Source: a virus (lineage: Duplodnaviria; Caudoviricetes). Taken from it: DNA of 38,562 nucleotides. This document shows positions 36,963 through 38,562 of this stretch, piece by piece. Under the pieces are notes generated by a model. That model saw only the letters and a program-made list of their open reading frames with translations. It made no database searches and was not told where the DNA came from. Within the stretch, counting starts at the first letter, position 1. Each line of letters opens with the position of its first letter. The DNA is taken from IMG/VR virus record IMGVR_UViG_3300044723_005851, positions 1-38,562 of that record. One strand, 5' to 3'. The translations under genes and the position numbers were made by a program.

Positions 36963-37004
36963 AAAAAGGATTAGGAGTGCCTCGAAAGACACTCCACCAA
37001 TCCT
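36963..37004 (-). terminator. Intrinsic terminator after capsid gene
   Basis: GGAGTGTCT-TTCG-AGGCACTCC hairpin extended by AGGATT/AATCCT, then T5 on - strand. Confidence 0.75.
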
Positions 37005-37039
37005 GTCATTATTATAAAATCTGTATAGTATAATCAATC

Positions 37040-38509
37040 TTACTCCTCGAATAAGAAGAAGTTGTTTGCACCCATAGTACATACACATCTTTCAGATAGG
37101 AAGTTTACCTCCATTGCATCTAAATCAGATGTAGCTGCACCACCTGCTGAACCTGTAATCCAAGTCTTCATCTTACGGTCTTCTGTTTGAGAAGCACGAT
37201 AACGAACATGAAGGAAAGGTCTCTTAGCGTTCTTACCAAGAATTTGGTCGTATACGCTTGTTGTACCCGCAGGTACTAATAGACCATTCACACGACCTGA
37301 ACCTGCACCTGTAGGTAGTCCTCCACGCATAGTTGGGTCGTTCAAGTATTTCCAATCAGACTTGTAGAAGTCATATCCTCTACGGAATCCTGAGAATCCT
37401 AGATTCAATGCCATCTGAGCATCGTTGTCGAAAAGACCAAAAGATGCAGCGTTAGAAGCACCTGAAGGATTGTAACCGTTAAGACCTGCCAACATATCAT
37501 CAATGTCGAATCCGAAGTCTCTGTCGATAAACAATACATTCTCCTCGATAGCACCTTGCTTATCAAGACGAGAAATGATTGTGTCAAATTCTGCAAGGGA
37601 TGCAGGATTACCACCTGCCCATACATTACCTCTGTTTTCTACTGTGTAGAAGATACCTTCAGAACCTTTGTTACCTACATCTTCAGCACCTGATGTTGTT
37701 TGAGTTACAACACCCGAACCTGCTTCAGCAGGAACTGCCTCAATCATAGATGTCTCGATGTAATCCTCAAAGCGAAGACGAGTCTCATGCTCAGACTTCA
37801 AGTACCATAGGTATCCTGTTGCTCCGTTCTCAGTTGTTACTTCTACCCAACCGATTTGAGCCATATCAGAACCACTAACAGTGTACTTGTCTTTAAGGAT
37901 GATTGGAGAGTTCTCAAAGATTTCATCATCAGCCTCTAGTGAGCCTGACATTCCGTTAGTTCCTTTCTTGAACTCAGAACCATAAACAAAGATAGTAACA
38001 TCAGCGTTACCAACACCTGTACCTGCTTGAACAATACCTGCTGCTTCGTAGAATGCAATTTTTACAGTATTTGCACCCAAGTTTACTTCCGTAACGATAC
38101 CTTTGTTAGAACCTGCTCCATCGTTTTGAACGACCATAACTGTCTGCCCTACTCTCAATGCGATACCATTGCTTGAAGTAAACGCAGGAACACCTGTGTC
38201 ATTGATTGTGAAGGTTACTTCAGCATCACCTGCTGTACCTATTGGATAACCAACATTGGTATATTTGATGTGAAGACGACCTTGCTCTGCCCACTTTACT
38301 AAGTCAGAGTTTGAAGGAATCTCTGCTCCTACCATACGAAGGAAAGCTGAGATTGTACGATTACCATATCTTTCAAATTCTTTCTCATAAGTATCAGGTA
38401 GATACTGATTCAAGAAGTCGAAGTTAGTGATATAGTTCGTAGGTAAAGGCACTTGTTGTGCCGAAGGTTGCAACGCATATGTTGGCGTTGCTTGTAATGA
38501 ACCTGCCAT
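37040..38509 (-). CDS. Major capsid protein (Bacteroidota podovirus type)
   Basis: QYLPD.YEKE.ERYGNR, W.EQGRLH, YGSEF.KG, GSD.AQIGWVE, RLDKQGAIEEN, GFSGFRRG.DFYK.DWKYLND motifs; followed by terminator. Confidence 0.85.
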   Translation of the reverse strand: MAGSLQATPTYALQPSAQQVPLPTNYITNFDFLNQYLPDTYEKEFERYGNRTISAFLRMVGAEIPSNSDLVKWAEQGRLHIKYTNVGYPIGTAGDAEVTFTINDTGVPAFTSSNGIALRVGQTVMVVQNDGAGSNKGIVTEVNLGANTVKIAFYEAAGIVQAGTGVGNADVTIFVYGSEFKKGTNGMSGSLEADDEIFENSPIILKDKYTVSGSDMAQIGWVEVTTENGATGYLWYLKSEHETRLRFEDYIETSMIEAVPAEAGSGVVTQTTSGAEDVGNKGSEGIFYTVENRGNVWAGGNPASLAEFDTIISRLDKQGAIEENVLFIDRDFGFDIDDMLAGLNGYNPSGASNAASFGLFDNDAQMALNLGFSGFRRGYDFYKSDWKYLNDPTMRGGLPTGAGSGRVNGLLVPAGTTSVYDQILGKNAKRPFLHVRYRASQTEDRKMKTWITGSAGGAATSDLDAMEVNFLSERCVCTMGANNFFLFEE

Positions 38510-38521
38510 AACTTATTTTTT

Positions 38522-38562
38522 TTACTTTCGTTTACTTTTAATTTTTAAACCTCTTCCCGAAC
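38522..38562 (-). CDS. 3' end of upstream gene (probable scaffold protein), truncated by window edge
   Basis: Reads ...SGRGLKIKSKRK-stop, 12 nt before capsid ATG. Confidence 0.5.
   Translation of the reverse strand, partial: SGRGLKIKSKRK

Noticed and set aside
1-38562. Stop-codon reassignment, introns, inteins or tRNA genes as seen in some crAss-like phages
   Set aside because: Genes tile densely under the standard code with TAA, TAG and TGA all used as stops; no intein, intron or cloverleaf signatures noticed

Overview
About 38.5 kb of a dsDNA podovirus-type phage genome, most likely infecting Bacteroidota (Flavobacteriia-like). The host call rests on several consensus TTTG-N19/20-TAnnTTTG promoters, A/T-rich ribosome-loading regions without Shine-Dalgarno motifs, and a BT4734-type primase. 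The structural module resembles, from recall, the Cellulophaga phi38:1 / crAss-related group. Two arms converge near 15.9 kb. The + arm has an early region (ArdC antirestriction protein, three orphan genes each led by a conserved hairpin-leader repeat, a lipoprotein GH73 peptidoglycan hydrolase, small acidic proteins). It continues with recombination and replication genes (SSAP, RecE-like exonuclease, SSB-like protein, candidate iteron origin, primase-helicase, SF2 helicase, VRR-NUC, DnaA domain IV-like proteins, HNH and PD-(D/E)xK nucleases). The - arm has the major capsid protein, neck/tail proteins, a split tail stabilization protein with Cys-rich additions, and three ejection proteins including a 2872-aa polyvalent zincin protein. 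No DNA polymerase, integrase, terminase, portal, tRNA or CRISPR was recognised. Most notable: the covarying hairpin-leader cassette array in the early region, a promoter-plus-terminator unit with no ORF (candidate sRNA) at the convergence point, the early lipoprotein muramidase, and the modular giant ejection protein. All family assignments come from motif recognition by eye, not database searches.
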